DNA from: Octopus vulgaris
Lineage: Eukaryota
Assembly: GCA_951406725.2 (NCBI GenBank)
Contig: OX597824.1
Span: 69,502,001-69,566,000 of the forward strand
Direction: 5' to 3'
DNA: 64,000 nt
Shown here: piece after piece, positions 38,620 through 50,610 of the stretch
Layout of the letters: each line of letters opens with the position of its first letter
How positions within the stretch are numbered: position 1 is the first letter of the stretch
Notes under the pieces: generated by a model
The model's database searches: none
Seen by the model: only the letters and a program-made list of their open reading frames with translations
What the model was told of the DNA's origin: nothing
Made by a program: the position numbers and the translations under genes

Positions 38620-39562
38620 TATGTAAATATGTACGTGTGAATGTATGTATGTATGCATGCATATATGCATAAGCCTATGTATCGTTGTCTGTTTATTATC
38701 GTAGTATTTGTATACATGCATGTGTATATTCATAGATACACACAAATATAGACATATATATATATACACACACTTGTACACAAGTAGACGCAATCCATAC
38801 ATTATCTATCAATATACGTATTTTAAGAGCCGCAACAGAGAAGCGAAGAAAGAAACTGTTTATACAAAACAAAATAATAGATTAAGAAAACCAAAAAGAA
38901 AAAGGATTAATAAAACAAAGACAAAAAAACGCAAAACAGCAAAAAAAAAACATCAAACAAGTAAAAACGGTAAAAGGAAAAAAAATACAATGAGAAAATT
39001 CGTAACGACAAAAAGTAAAAATAAAAAGAAGAAAAATACAAATAAAAGTATACAAAAATTACTAGGAAATCAGAGAGATCGATTTAGAAGTACGTCTTAA
39101 AGCAAGTGCTAATAGAATATTGTTTAAATAGTTCGCTCTTAATGATTGGATTTGTCAATGCTTAAGGTATTAAGTCAATCAATATTTTATCACTTACTGA
39201 CGTGGAAGCAATTAGAGACCATTGGAAGTGAAAACAAAGATCAGCGCAGATCAGACAGGCAGACGTTAAAGACTTGACTGGTTGGTTATAGGCTGATTGA
39301 CTGACTCAATGGCAGACGATAAAGATAGATGGAGTAAGAAAAGCAGACGACATCTTTCAATGTCAAATGCTGGTGTATAGACGTGAAGATGTGTAGAATT
39401 ATTGAGCGGAGACAGAGAGATAGAGAGAGACTGAGGGAGTGAGAAGGCAAGAGAGAGACAGACAGGCAGAGACAGACAGAGACAGAGACGGACAGACTGA
39501 TAGACAGAGATAGAGAATGAGAGAGAGAGTGAGAGAGAGAGAGAATGAATGGACAGAGGGTC

Positions 39563-39678
<116 letters not shown>

Positions 39679-39764
39679 GAACATGCCTACATATATCTAC
39701 AAACACGCACGTACGCAAACACACACATGTCTCTGTGTACGTATGTATATATATATGTGTATAC

Positions 39765-40142
39765 TCTTTCTCTTTTACTCTTTTACTTGTTTCAGTCATT
39801 TGACTGTAGCCATGCTGGAGCACCGCCTTTAGTCGAGCAAATCGACCCCAGGACTTATTCTTTGTAAGCCTAGTACTTATTCTATCGATGTCTTTTGCCG
39901 AACCGCTAAGTTACGGTGACGTAAACACGCCAACATCGGTTGTCAAGCGATGTTGGGGGGACAAACACACACACACATATATATACATATATACGACGGG
40001 CTTCTTTCAGTTTCCCTCTACCAAATCCACTCACAAGGCTTTGATCGGCCTGAGGCTATAGTAGAAGACACTTGCCCGAGGTGCCATGCAGTGAGACTGA
40101 ACCCGGAACCATGTGATTTGTAAGCAAGCTACTTACCACACA
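39765..40142 (-). mobile_element. SINE family A
   Basis: Matches family A. Confidence 0.9.
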
Positions 40143-41064
40143 CACACACATATATATACACGTACAGAGAGACACATGCACAAACAAAACAAACACACAC
40201 ATATATATATTTACATAGGTATGTATATGAATGTATGTACATCTAAAGTCGTGAGTGCGCGCGAGCGTTTGTACAGACATACAGACAAGCAGACAAAGAG
40301 GCGGAAAGATTGATAGAAAGATAGACAGATATATTTTTAAGCGTACACATTCTTATTTTTCATAGTAACGGATTTGTTTCTATCACTGTGACTCATCTAT
40401 CTTTCCCTTTCCCTAGCTCTATCTTATCTTCTCTCTCCCACCTTGCATTTCACACACCCTCCTTTCATGTCGTCTGCTCGTATTGTTCTCCACCACTCCT
40501 TTCTATCATCGTTTTGTCGAGCGATCTTTGCACTGAGCACACGCGTCAAATGTTTCTCTTTCCTGTCGTATTGAAACGAAAGTGTTTTTCTAATGTCCAT
40601 CTAAGCTCGCATCCTCCTTGTTTGCTTCTATCACAAGTCCAACGATACCTTTGTTGATTTTCTATATCTGTTCTTGTTTCTTCGTACGAGTCGTATGTCT
40701 TTCATGTGCATTTTCAGTTGTGAGACTCCGTGTCGCTTTGTGTTGTTATTACTCTGGCGCTTTCTAGACGGAAGATATCAACTTCTTCCAGCGCCGAAAT
40801 CGTAATGACTCCTAATAAAAAACGTTGGCTGATGAAATGAGTTTATCTATATTTGTTTTTGTTTCCGTTAATTGACGTACAAGTCCTTCACCAATATTTT
40901 GATTGCACACACATACAGAAAGAGAGAAAACGAGAAAGAAAGCGAGGGAAAAAGCGAGGGAGAAAGGTGGGAGAGACAGTCAGACAGAGATGGAAAGATA
41001 CATGTATAGAGGTAGAAACAAATAGATATACAATAACATATTCATATCGAGTTCGCAATATATT

Positions 41065-41119
<55 letters not shown>

Positions 41120-41192
41120 TGTTGTTGTTGTTGTAGTGGCGGTTGGGATGTTGGTAATAGCAAATGTTTAATATATATATATATATATATAT

Positions 41193-41477
41193 ATTGTTTT
41201 TATGTCTCTCTTTTTGTCTCAAAGCCGTAGGGCGCTGTGTCATCCATGTTTTTAACCGTTACTGTCTCCAAAAAAGATTTTTCGTTTCATGTTCATCTCT
41301 GTTGCGTTGCATTCTTTCCTTCTGTGGCTGGCTGATTCAGAGCGGATCTCAGAATTAAACAGCCGAAATCTGCGATGAGGGATCAGTCTCTGACTGAAGA
41401 ATGAAGGCTTTGAATGACCCGTTTGTCTTTTTGTTCGTCCCTTCGTGTATTTCACGTTATTTATTTATGTAAAGGTT

Positions 41478-41480
<3 letters not shown>
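41193..41480 (+). mobile_element. (TA)n-embedded insert with the conserved GCCGAAA...GACTGAAGA...GAATGACCCGT motif
   Basis: Motif at 41360-41423; TA tracts on both sides. Confidence 0.6.
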
Positions 41481-41515
<35 letters not shown>

Positions 41516-41517
41516 AA

Positions 41518-42447
41518 GGCGGCGAGCTGGCAGAAACGTTAGTACGTCGGGCGAAGTGCTGAGCATAAAGACGTACGAAATGCCGCTAAGCATTTTGTTC
41601 GGCGCGCTAACGATTCTGCAAGCTTGCCACCTTAAGTACTATTTAAAATGCCAACACCACCACCGTTAGCATCAGTAATAAAGCCACCATTACCACCAAC
41701 ACTAACGACCATCAAAAACCACCACCACCACTACCAATTCTACCAATTCATTTTGCCCGGTGTGCTAACGATTCTTATTTCTTTATTGCCCACAAGGGGC
41801 TAAATATAGAGGGGACAAACAAGGACAGACAAAGGGATAAAGTTGATTACATTGATCCCAGTGCGTAACTGGTACTTATTTAATCGACCCCGAAAGGATG
41901 AAAGGCAAAGTCGACCTCGGCTGAATTTGAACTCAGAACGTAATGGCAGACGAAATACGGCTAGGCATTTCGCCCGACGTGCTAATGAATGAATGGTGGT
42001 GATGGTAGTGATGGTGGTGATGGTAGTGAGGGTGGTGATGGTGGTGGTCATGGTGGTGGTGGTCATGGTGGTGATGGTGGTGGTGGTGCTGATGATGATG
42101 GTGGTGATGGTGGTGGTGGTGGTGTTGTTGTTGGTGGTGGTGGTTGTGATGGTGGTGATGGTGGTGGTGGTGATGGTGGTGGTGGTGGTGGTGGTGGTGG
42201 TGGTGGTGGTGGTGGTGATGATGGCGATGATGATGGCTTATATTTTGGCACAAGGCCAGCAAGTTCTGGGGACGAGGTAAATCGATGACATCGACCGCAG
42301 TATTTGACTGGCATTTGTTTTATCGACCCCGTGGTATAAAAAGCAAAGTCAATCTCGATGGAATTTGAACTCAGTACGTAAAGACGGGCAAAATGCCGCT
42401 AAGCATTTTGTTCGGCGCGCTAACGATTCTGCTAGCTTGCCACCTTA
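41518..42447 (-). mobile_element. Rearranged cluster of SINE family C copies around a (GGT)n tract
   Basis: Plus head 41518-41565, minus head 41570-41632, minus copies 41774-41985 and 42240-42447. Confidence 0.8.
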
Positions 42448-42519
42448 AGTACTATTTAAAATGTCAACACCACCACCGTTAAGCATCAGTAATATCATAG
42501 CCAACACCACCACCAACAC

Positions 42520-42995
42520 TAACGATCACCATCATCACCACCACCAACCACTTCCAATTCTATCGCTACCACCAGCACCACCACCACAACTACCATCATC
42601 ATCATCATCGTTATCATCATCATCACCACCACCACCACCACCACCACCACCATCACTACCACCTTCACCACCACCACCAGCACTATCATCATCATCATCA
42701 TCATCATATCATTACTATCATCATCACTATCATCATCACTATCATCATCATCACCACCACCACCACCACCACCACCATCACTACCACCTTCACCACCGCC
42801 GCCAGCACTACCATCATCATCATCACTATCATTACTATCATCATCACTATCATCACTATCATCATCATCATCACCACCACCACCACCACCACCACCACCA
42901 CCATCACTACCACCATCACCACCACCACCAGCACTACCACCATCATTATCATCATCATTATCATCATCAACCACAACAACAACAACAAACATCAT
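42520..42995. repeat. (CAC/CAT)n array with about 125-bp higher-order duplication
   Basis: CCATCACTACCACC(T/A)TCACCACC..CCAGCACTA recurs three times. Confidence 0.85.
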
Positions 42996-43576
42996 AGTCA
43001 TCATTTTTATCATCATCATCAAAAGCATCAACAACCACCGTTGCCAAACAGACACAATCACCGAACACCGTAGCTACAGCAGCAGCAGCAACAACAACAA
43101 CAAAGACAGCCACAACAACAGCAACAACACCAGCCATCAAGAAAGACAGAAAAAAATCTCACCCAACGTTATAAACTCTGCGAAGGAAACTTCGTATGAA
43201 AGCCAACGGCAGAATTTATCTCACGGTACAATCATCGTATTAATGAAATAATATTATATTTCACTTCATTACAAATTCTGCTTTCTGCCATATTGACTTT
43301 ACTAAATATTTCTCGTTTAAGACTAGTGACTCACGCGATTAAGCTGAGATTAACTTACTTCATATCGATCCTTGGGGCGGGAGTGGGGGTTGTATGTATG
43401 TGTATGTATGTATGTGTGTATGTATGTATGTATGTATGTATGTATGTATGTATTATGTATGTATATTAGTATGTATGAATGAAAGTACGAATGAGTGAGT
43501 GTGCATGTATGCATGGGGAGAAGTATGGATGCATTGGTGGATGAATGTATAGATGTATGGATAGCTGCCGGGATGG

Positions 43577-43610
<34 letters not shown>

Positions 43611-43764
43611 ATGTGTGTGTGTGTGTGCATGTGTATGTATGTATATATATATATGTGTGCGTATATATATATATAGGTATGTATGTATATATATATGGTT
43701 GTACGTATGAACGAATAGATTGATGTACAGATGGATTGTTGCACCTTCGCATGTACTTACAGCA

Positions 43765-43888
43765 TCATCATCATCATCATCATTATCGTAATTTAACGTC
43801 CGTTTTCGATGCTGGCATGGGTTAGACGGCTTGAGAGGAACTGGCAAAACCGGAGAGCTGTACCAGGCTCCAATTCTCTGTTTGGCAT
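43765..43888 (-). mobile_element. RTE-type LINE/SINE 3' tail ending in (GAT)n
   Basis: CATCATCAT..TTTAACGTCCGTTTTC.ATGCTGGCATGGGTT.GACGG; class assigned from resemblance only. Confidence 0.5.
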
Positions 43889-43903
43889 ACATATATGTAT
43901 ATA

Positions 43904-43934
<31 letters not shown>

Positions 43935-44319
43935 TTACACACACATACTCATTCTTCTCTCTCGCCCGCCTTCTCTCTCTCACACACACACAAACACACT
44001 CACACACACACACAAATACAACATACGCACACATACACTTACATGCCTACGTTGTATGTGCATGCATATGTTCTAAAGATCGTATTAATTAAAAATAAGC
44101 ATGCGTTGGAATATTATGTATACATGAACTCGCTCACGACTAATTTTCTTTATCTCAACACACACACACACACATACACACACTCATACATACATACACA
44201 CACTCATACATGCACACACGTACTTGTGTCAAATATTCAAATATCTATATATATATATGCATATATACATGTATATATATATAGAGAGAGAGGGGGAGGA
44301 GAGATACATGTTCTTATAC

Positions 44320-44371
<52 letters not shown>

Positions 44372-44456
44372 ATTATATACATGCATACATACATGCATAT
44401 ATACAGACACACACACGTGTATGTGTCTATGTGTATATATACATACATACATACAC

Positions 44457-44519
<63 letters not shown>

Positions 44520-44573
44520 TATATATATATGTATGTATATATGTATATATATATATATATATATACGTATGTA

Positions 44574-44621
<48 letters not shown>

Positions 44622-45102
44622 AGAGATAGCGAGATATACATGTTCTTATACATATATATATATATACATATATCTCTGTATATAAATGTATATACATTCA
44701 TATATACAGACACACACACTCGTGTGTGTGTGTGTATCTGTCTGTGTATGTGGGGGGGGTACGCGTTTACGTGCGTGTGTGGTTGTGTGTATGTGCGTGT
44801 CTCTTGTAGCAATGGATGTATATGCAACGCTATGTAACTGTATTTAAGAACCATATGTTAAGTCTATTAATCTCCGGAGCCAGACTCCCTCCCCACTTAC
44901 AATACTCCAACCTAGACAATACGAAGCCAATCTAACTATATTAAATCGTTTCGTATTCGGACGTGATATTAACCTTAAGCTAACCTCTTCTTTCTTCCTC
45001 TTTCAATATCTTCTTCTTGTTCTTATTCTTGGTCTTGCATAAATATCTGGATATCACATTTGAATATTTGTAGTCAATTAAAAGATAGTTAGCATCTAGT
45101 AG

Positions 45103-45172
<70 letters not shown>

Positions 45173-45466
45173 TATATTTATATATATATATGTATATATA
45201 CATATATACATATATGCATGTATATATGCAATTATAAATATATATGTATATATATGTGTGTATATATATATACACATACATACATATATTTATATATATA
45301 TACATATGTAAATGAACATGCATACACATGCGTTTGTATATATATACATTTGTGTGCATATAAATATATGCATACGTATATATATATATAAGTACATATA
45401 TATATATATATATGTATTTTTATATATGTACTGTTATGTGCGTGCATATATATAAGTATATATGTA

Positions 45467-45590
<124 letters not shown>

Positions 45591-45939
45591 GGCATATACA
45601 TATTTACATGTCCATATCTCTTCCTAATAACCATTTAGGAATCGTGAATTCTCTTGAAGAAGAAATATAGAAAAGTCAACAGTCATTTGCATGTTTGACG
45701 GAACTGGACGAGGAAAGCGAGTCGGCCATTGTAATTACATTGGCATTGGTGCTTCTAGCCTCGTATCAAAATAGTGTATAGACTCGTGTATATGGATACA
45801 TTGTGGACTTCCAACACCATACCATCACCACACCCACCATAAACTACCACCGCAGACATTAGCATCGCTAGAAATCCCTATCTATCCCGCTACCTTAACA
45901 AAGTACCGGCTTTGCCACCACCATCACTACCACACTGAC

Positions 45940-46079
45940 TATCACTGCTTTAATCATTATCATAGCAGTCCTTATCGCCATCACCATCGCCATGAGCACA
46001 ACTACAGTCGCCGTCATTATCATCACCATTATCGTCATTATCACCACCATCACTACCACCACCACTATCACCATCATCG

Positions 46080-46147
<68 letters not shown>

Positions 46148-46242
46148 GTCATCAACATCATCATCATCATCGACATCATCACCACCATCGTCATCGTCTT
46201 CGTCATTATCTTCATCATCATCGTCGTCGTCATCGTCATCGC

Positions 46243-46275
<33 letters not shown>

Positions 46276-46311
46276 TATCATCATCATTGTCATCATCATC
46301 GTCGCCATCGC

Positions 46312-46345
<34 letters not shown>
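45940..46345. repeat. (CAT)n array (similar at 58330-59110)
   Basis: Directly visible. Confidence 0.95.
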
Positions 46346-46346
<1 letters not shown>

Positions 46347-46892
46347 ATCATCACCGTCGTTGGCGCCTACTAACGAACGTCTAATACGAATGTGGCGGCT
46401 GCAAAATATTTATCCTGCTTTTCTGTATGAGTCGTAGAAAGACAAGTTAGAGAATGCGAGAAAGAATTGCAGGAAGGGGCTGAATGAAAATGGGGACGAA
46501 GTGAAAGAAATCAATAAGAGAGCGAAGGTAAAGGTTGGGAGATGAAAGAGAGAGCGAGAGAGTAGAAAACCTGACGAGTGTTTTACCCTATTCTATTCAT
46601 AGTTTTTGTTTCTATGCAAACAAATCTTCAGTCTGACGAAATATGGACATCTCACCAAAACACTAACAATTAGTCACAGAGTGAGAGATTCAAAATCGGC
46701 CAAACCGGAAAACAACGCAGAAACGAACGATGTTATAGTCCACATGCTAACAAAGATCTCTTAAGGGCTGTGAATAACTTGGTAAATTGCTCGACAAAGG
46801 TGATGAAAAGAAAATCCCTCTAGAAGCTTTATCTATTATAGAGAAGAGGAAGGAATCAACGTGAGGGTGAAGACGAGGAGTGGGAGAGAAAT

Positions 46893-46939
<47 letters not shown>

Positions 46940-47360
46940 AAAGTAGGGAGGGAGGAGGGTGTTACCTCGTGATGGTTGTGAGATAGTGGTATGAAGGTCG
47001 AACTGATACAGAAGTGTGAATAAGAAACATAAAGAGAGCTAACTGGCAAAGTAAACAGAGACAGACAGACAGACAGAGATAGGGAGGGAGATAAAAAGCC
47101 TGAGAGTGAAAACGAGAGATGAGTGCCTTTTGCTTGAAGATCCTTTAAAATAATGGTCGTAATGAAAGCAAATATTAGGAGTATTTAGGGTTATTTATAG
47201 ACATTCATATAACACATAAACACAGAATCTATACACAAACTGACTGACCGATAGATGTAAAATATGTTGAGCAATTAAGGGCAATAGTTCCTACGGTCGC
47301 AGAAGTGTTACGCATTGAAAATTTATCAATGTTTGTATTTTGTGTCTATCCATCTATCTA

Positions 47361-48610
47361 TCAGGTTGAGTAGAAAGTAAGCAACGTTTTGAACCATGAA
47401 GAAACTGCATCGGATTTTTTCAGAGTTTTGAATTTCTTTTTAAAGCTTTCTTTGTAGTTGTCAGATAATACAGACGTAGACTTGTCCAAATGCATCAATA
47501 CATTAACATTGATACTTTTTCACTGTTCTTGCAATCATCTGAAATGGAACTGTCAAAGCGCGATATTCGAGCAATTTTGTTATTCACACTTCAAAAATGT
47601 TCGTAAAGCAGCTGAAACTGCTTTGCGATATCAGCGAAAAGTTTGGTGAGGAAATGACCAGTGAGTGGTGAGATCGAATATGGTTTAAACGATTTCGCAG
47701 TGGAGGTCTGAACCTTAATGATTGTGAGCATAGTGGACGCCCATCTGTCACCGATGACAGTCATTTAAAGACCATCATTGAGAGAGGTCCACGTAAAACC
47801 ACTCGAGAACTAGGAAAAAAACTTCAAGTTAGCCACAAGACTGCCTGCAATGATTTGCATGCGATCGGAAAATCAAATGTGTACCACACGATTTGAATGA
47901 AAATCAGAAAATGCGCAGATATGAAGTTTGCTCGTCGCTTCTTCTCCATAACAACACTGAGCCATTTCTCGACCGTATTGTAACTTGCGATAAAGAGTGG
48001 ATTATGTACAATAATAAGAAAACGTTCTTCACAGTGGCTGGACCAAAATTAAGCACCGAAACCTTCCCTAAACCCAACTTCTTCAAAAAGGAGGTTATAT
48101 TTGGTGGTGTACTACTGGACTCAACAACTACAACTTCCTAAAACCTGGAAAAACCATTACCGCAGAAAGATATTGCCATGAAATTGCCAAAATGAATGAA
48201 AAACTGCTACTCCCCCGTCCCAGACTGGTTGACAGAAGAGGGCCAATGCTCGACCACACGTTTCACTAATAATGCTCCAGAAGTTGAGAGAACTTGGTTA
48301 CGAAGTTTTTCTCCACTCAGCTTATTTCCCAGACCTTTCTCCTATCGACTACCACTTTGAAGCACATTGATGGTTTCCTGCAAGAGAAGGAGTTCAAAAG
48401 TCAAATCGATGCTGAAAGTGCATTCAAAGAGTTCATCAGCTTCAGAACTCCAGATTTTTATGTTACTGGAATAAGCAAACTTGTAACTCGTTGGCAAAAA
48501 TGTGTTGATTTTAATAGTACTTAGTTTGATGAATAAAATTTCTGGATTGTTGAAATATGTCGTGATGAATTTCATGTATCAAAACGTTGCTTACTTTTTA
48601 CTCAACTTGA
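47361..48610 (+). mobile_element. Full-length mariner (DD34D) transposon with pseudogenised transposase
   Basis: TIRs TCAGGTTGAGTAGAAAGTAAGCAACGTTTTGA / TCAAAACGTTGCTTACTTTTTACTCAACTTGA with TA TSD; transposase from ATG near 47544 (MELSKRDIRA) through VPHDL, DRIVTCDKEW, YFPDLSPIDYH to RWQKCVD; frameshifted. Confidence 0.95.
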
Positions 48611-48699
48611 TATGTGACTACATCGGTAGCTTGCTATCTATCCACACACACACATATATATATATATATAGAGAGAGAGAGAAACAGACAAACAGGGAG

Positions 48700-48701
48700 G
48701 C

Positions 48702-48788
<87 letters not shown>

Positions 48789-48863
48789 GATAGATAGACA
48801 GACAGGCTGATAGACAGACAGTCAGACTGATAGATAGACAGTCAGACAGACAGACATACATAC

Positions 48864-48955
<92 letters not shown>
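48700..48955. repeat. (GATA)n/(GACA)n microsatellite (also 15605-15750, 18782-18857, 39563-39678, 45514-45590, 57290-57428)
   Basis: Directly visible. Confidence 0.95.
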
Positions 48956-49029
48956 GCGTGCGTGCGTTCGTATATTGATATATTTCCACCCGTACTGTTG
49001 TAGTACACGTGCAGTCTTAATTGAGTTTA

Positions 49030-49150
49030 GACTTTCATAAACACGTGTGAAGTGGCCATTGTGAAAATCGAAGAGAAGGCTTGACTGGGGACGGTAGTGG
49101 GGAGGTGGCGATAGGCGGGGGAGTGACAGACATAGACAATAGACAGAGCA
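49030..49150 (+). repeat. Dispersed repeat, second copy at 55728-55850
   Basis: GACTTTCATAAACACGTGTGAAGTGGCCATTGTGAAAATCGAAGAGAAGGCTTGAC identical in both copies. Confidence 0.85.
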
Positions 49151-49649
49151 AGACAGAGAGAGAGAGTAACTGAGAAACAGAGAGACAGAGAGAGTGAAAT
49201 GAGAAAATAAGAAGAGCTATAAGTAACCTATCGTACGGTCTTAAACACGTGTTGCTCTGTGAATATGTTACGCAGCTTTGATGGTCACGTGTGCAAGGCC
49301 TTCATAATATTGTTCGCTTTTAATGAACGCCATTGTCCTTCTGCAGAATCTCGAGCGGGACTGACGAGCTGCCAGCCGTAACGCAATCGTCCACGGTTCG
49401 TATTTCGTCGACTATTTTCGAAGTTTCTTGCCTGTCTATTCAATAATCAACAATATTGAATATTTTGAAATGGCGCACATTTGTATAATGTTCGTATTTT
49501 AGCCATGTGAAACCTGTGGAAGGAAAAGAATCGATGGCATTGGGACAAAAGAGTATAAACAAGTGCATAAATATTAATGATGATATTGATATAAACAAGA
49601 ACCGCAAGAGAACAACAACACAGACAACAACAATAACAACAACTGTAAC

Positions 49650-49868
49650 ATTGGTTTCGAACTTTGGTTAAAGGACAGTAATTTCAGAGGAAGGGGGGGA
49701 AGTCGGTTACATCGACCCAGGGCTTAAATGGTACATATTTCAGCGTTCTCGAAAAGGATGGAAGACAAAATCGGCCTTGGTGAAATTTGAACTCAGAATG
49801 TAATGAGGGTCGAAATGTCGCTATGTATTTTGCCCGGTGTGGCGATGATTCTGCCAGCTCGCCACCTT
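49650..49868 (-). mobile_element. Decayed SINE family C
   Basis: Ends GATTCTGCCAGCTCGCCACC. Confidence 0.75.
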
Positions 49869-49959
49869 AACAATAACAACAACAGCAACAACAACAACAA
49901 AACCATCATCAACAACAACAACAACAATAATAATGATAATAATAATAATAATAATAATA

Positions 49960-50043
49960 ATGAACTTCCAACTTGTTTTCTCTTGAGGTCTCTGGGTGAG
50001 ACTTGGAGCCAGTTTGTGCAAATGTAAAGCAAAAGTCAACATA

Positions 50044-50048
<5 letters not shown>
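49960..50048 (+). mobile_element. Short probable R4/Dong-like 3' end inside (AAT)n
   Basis: About 85-bp block between AAT tracts, ending ..CAACATAGAATAATAAT. Confidence 0.45.
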
Positions 50049-50109
<61 letters not shown>

Positions 50110-50144
50110 CAACAACAACAACAACAGCAGCAACACTTATTATA

Positions 50145-50300
50145 ATTCTTTCTACTATAGGCACAAGGTCTGACATTTTGGGAGAAGGGACTAGTCGATT
50201 ACATTGACCTCAGTGTTTTACTGGTACTTTATTTATCGACCTCGAAAGGACGAAAGGCAAATTCGACCACGGCGGAATTTGAACTCAGAACGTAGCGACG
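50145..50300 (-). mobile_element. SINE family C, head lost
   Basis: CTGGTACTT..TTATCGACCTCGAAAGGACGAAAGGCAAA..GGCGGAATTTGAACTCAGAACGTA. Confidence 0.8.
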
Positions 50301-50386
50301 TGTGTGTATGTGCGCACATACATACATCCACATCCACACACACTCACTTGGGTGCGCGCATATTTATGTGTGTATATATGTATGTA

Positions 50387-50435
<49 letters not shown>

Positions 50436-50442
50436 ACATACA

Positions 50443-50489
<47 letters not shown>

Positions 50490-50575
50490 AATCCAAACGG
50501 GAAACAAAAAAACAACAACAAGGGAACAATTACAGTATTATTATTAATAGGCGCTCAGGAAATGGAAGCAGGAAG

Positions 50576-50610
50576 GTATGACGTTTCGAGCGGAGCTCTT
50601 CGTCGGAAAC
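50576..50610 (-). ncRNA. Minimal type I hammerhead ribozyme-like motif
   Basis: Sense strand GUUU-CCGACGA-A-GAGC-UCC-GCUC-GAAAC-GUC-AUAC with a GUC cleavage triplet; second copy at 17868-17902. Confidence 0.65.

Noticed and set aside
38820-39065. Lys-rich ORF 38708-39100
   Set aside because: A-rich low-complexity sequence
40440-40660. Possible decayed RTE LINE end on the minus strand
   Set aside because: Too degenerate to support by eye
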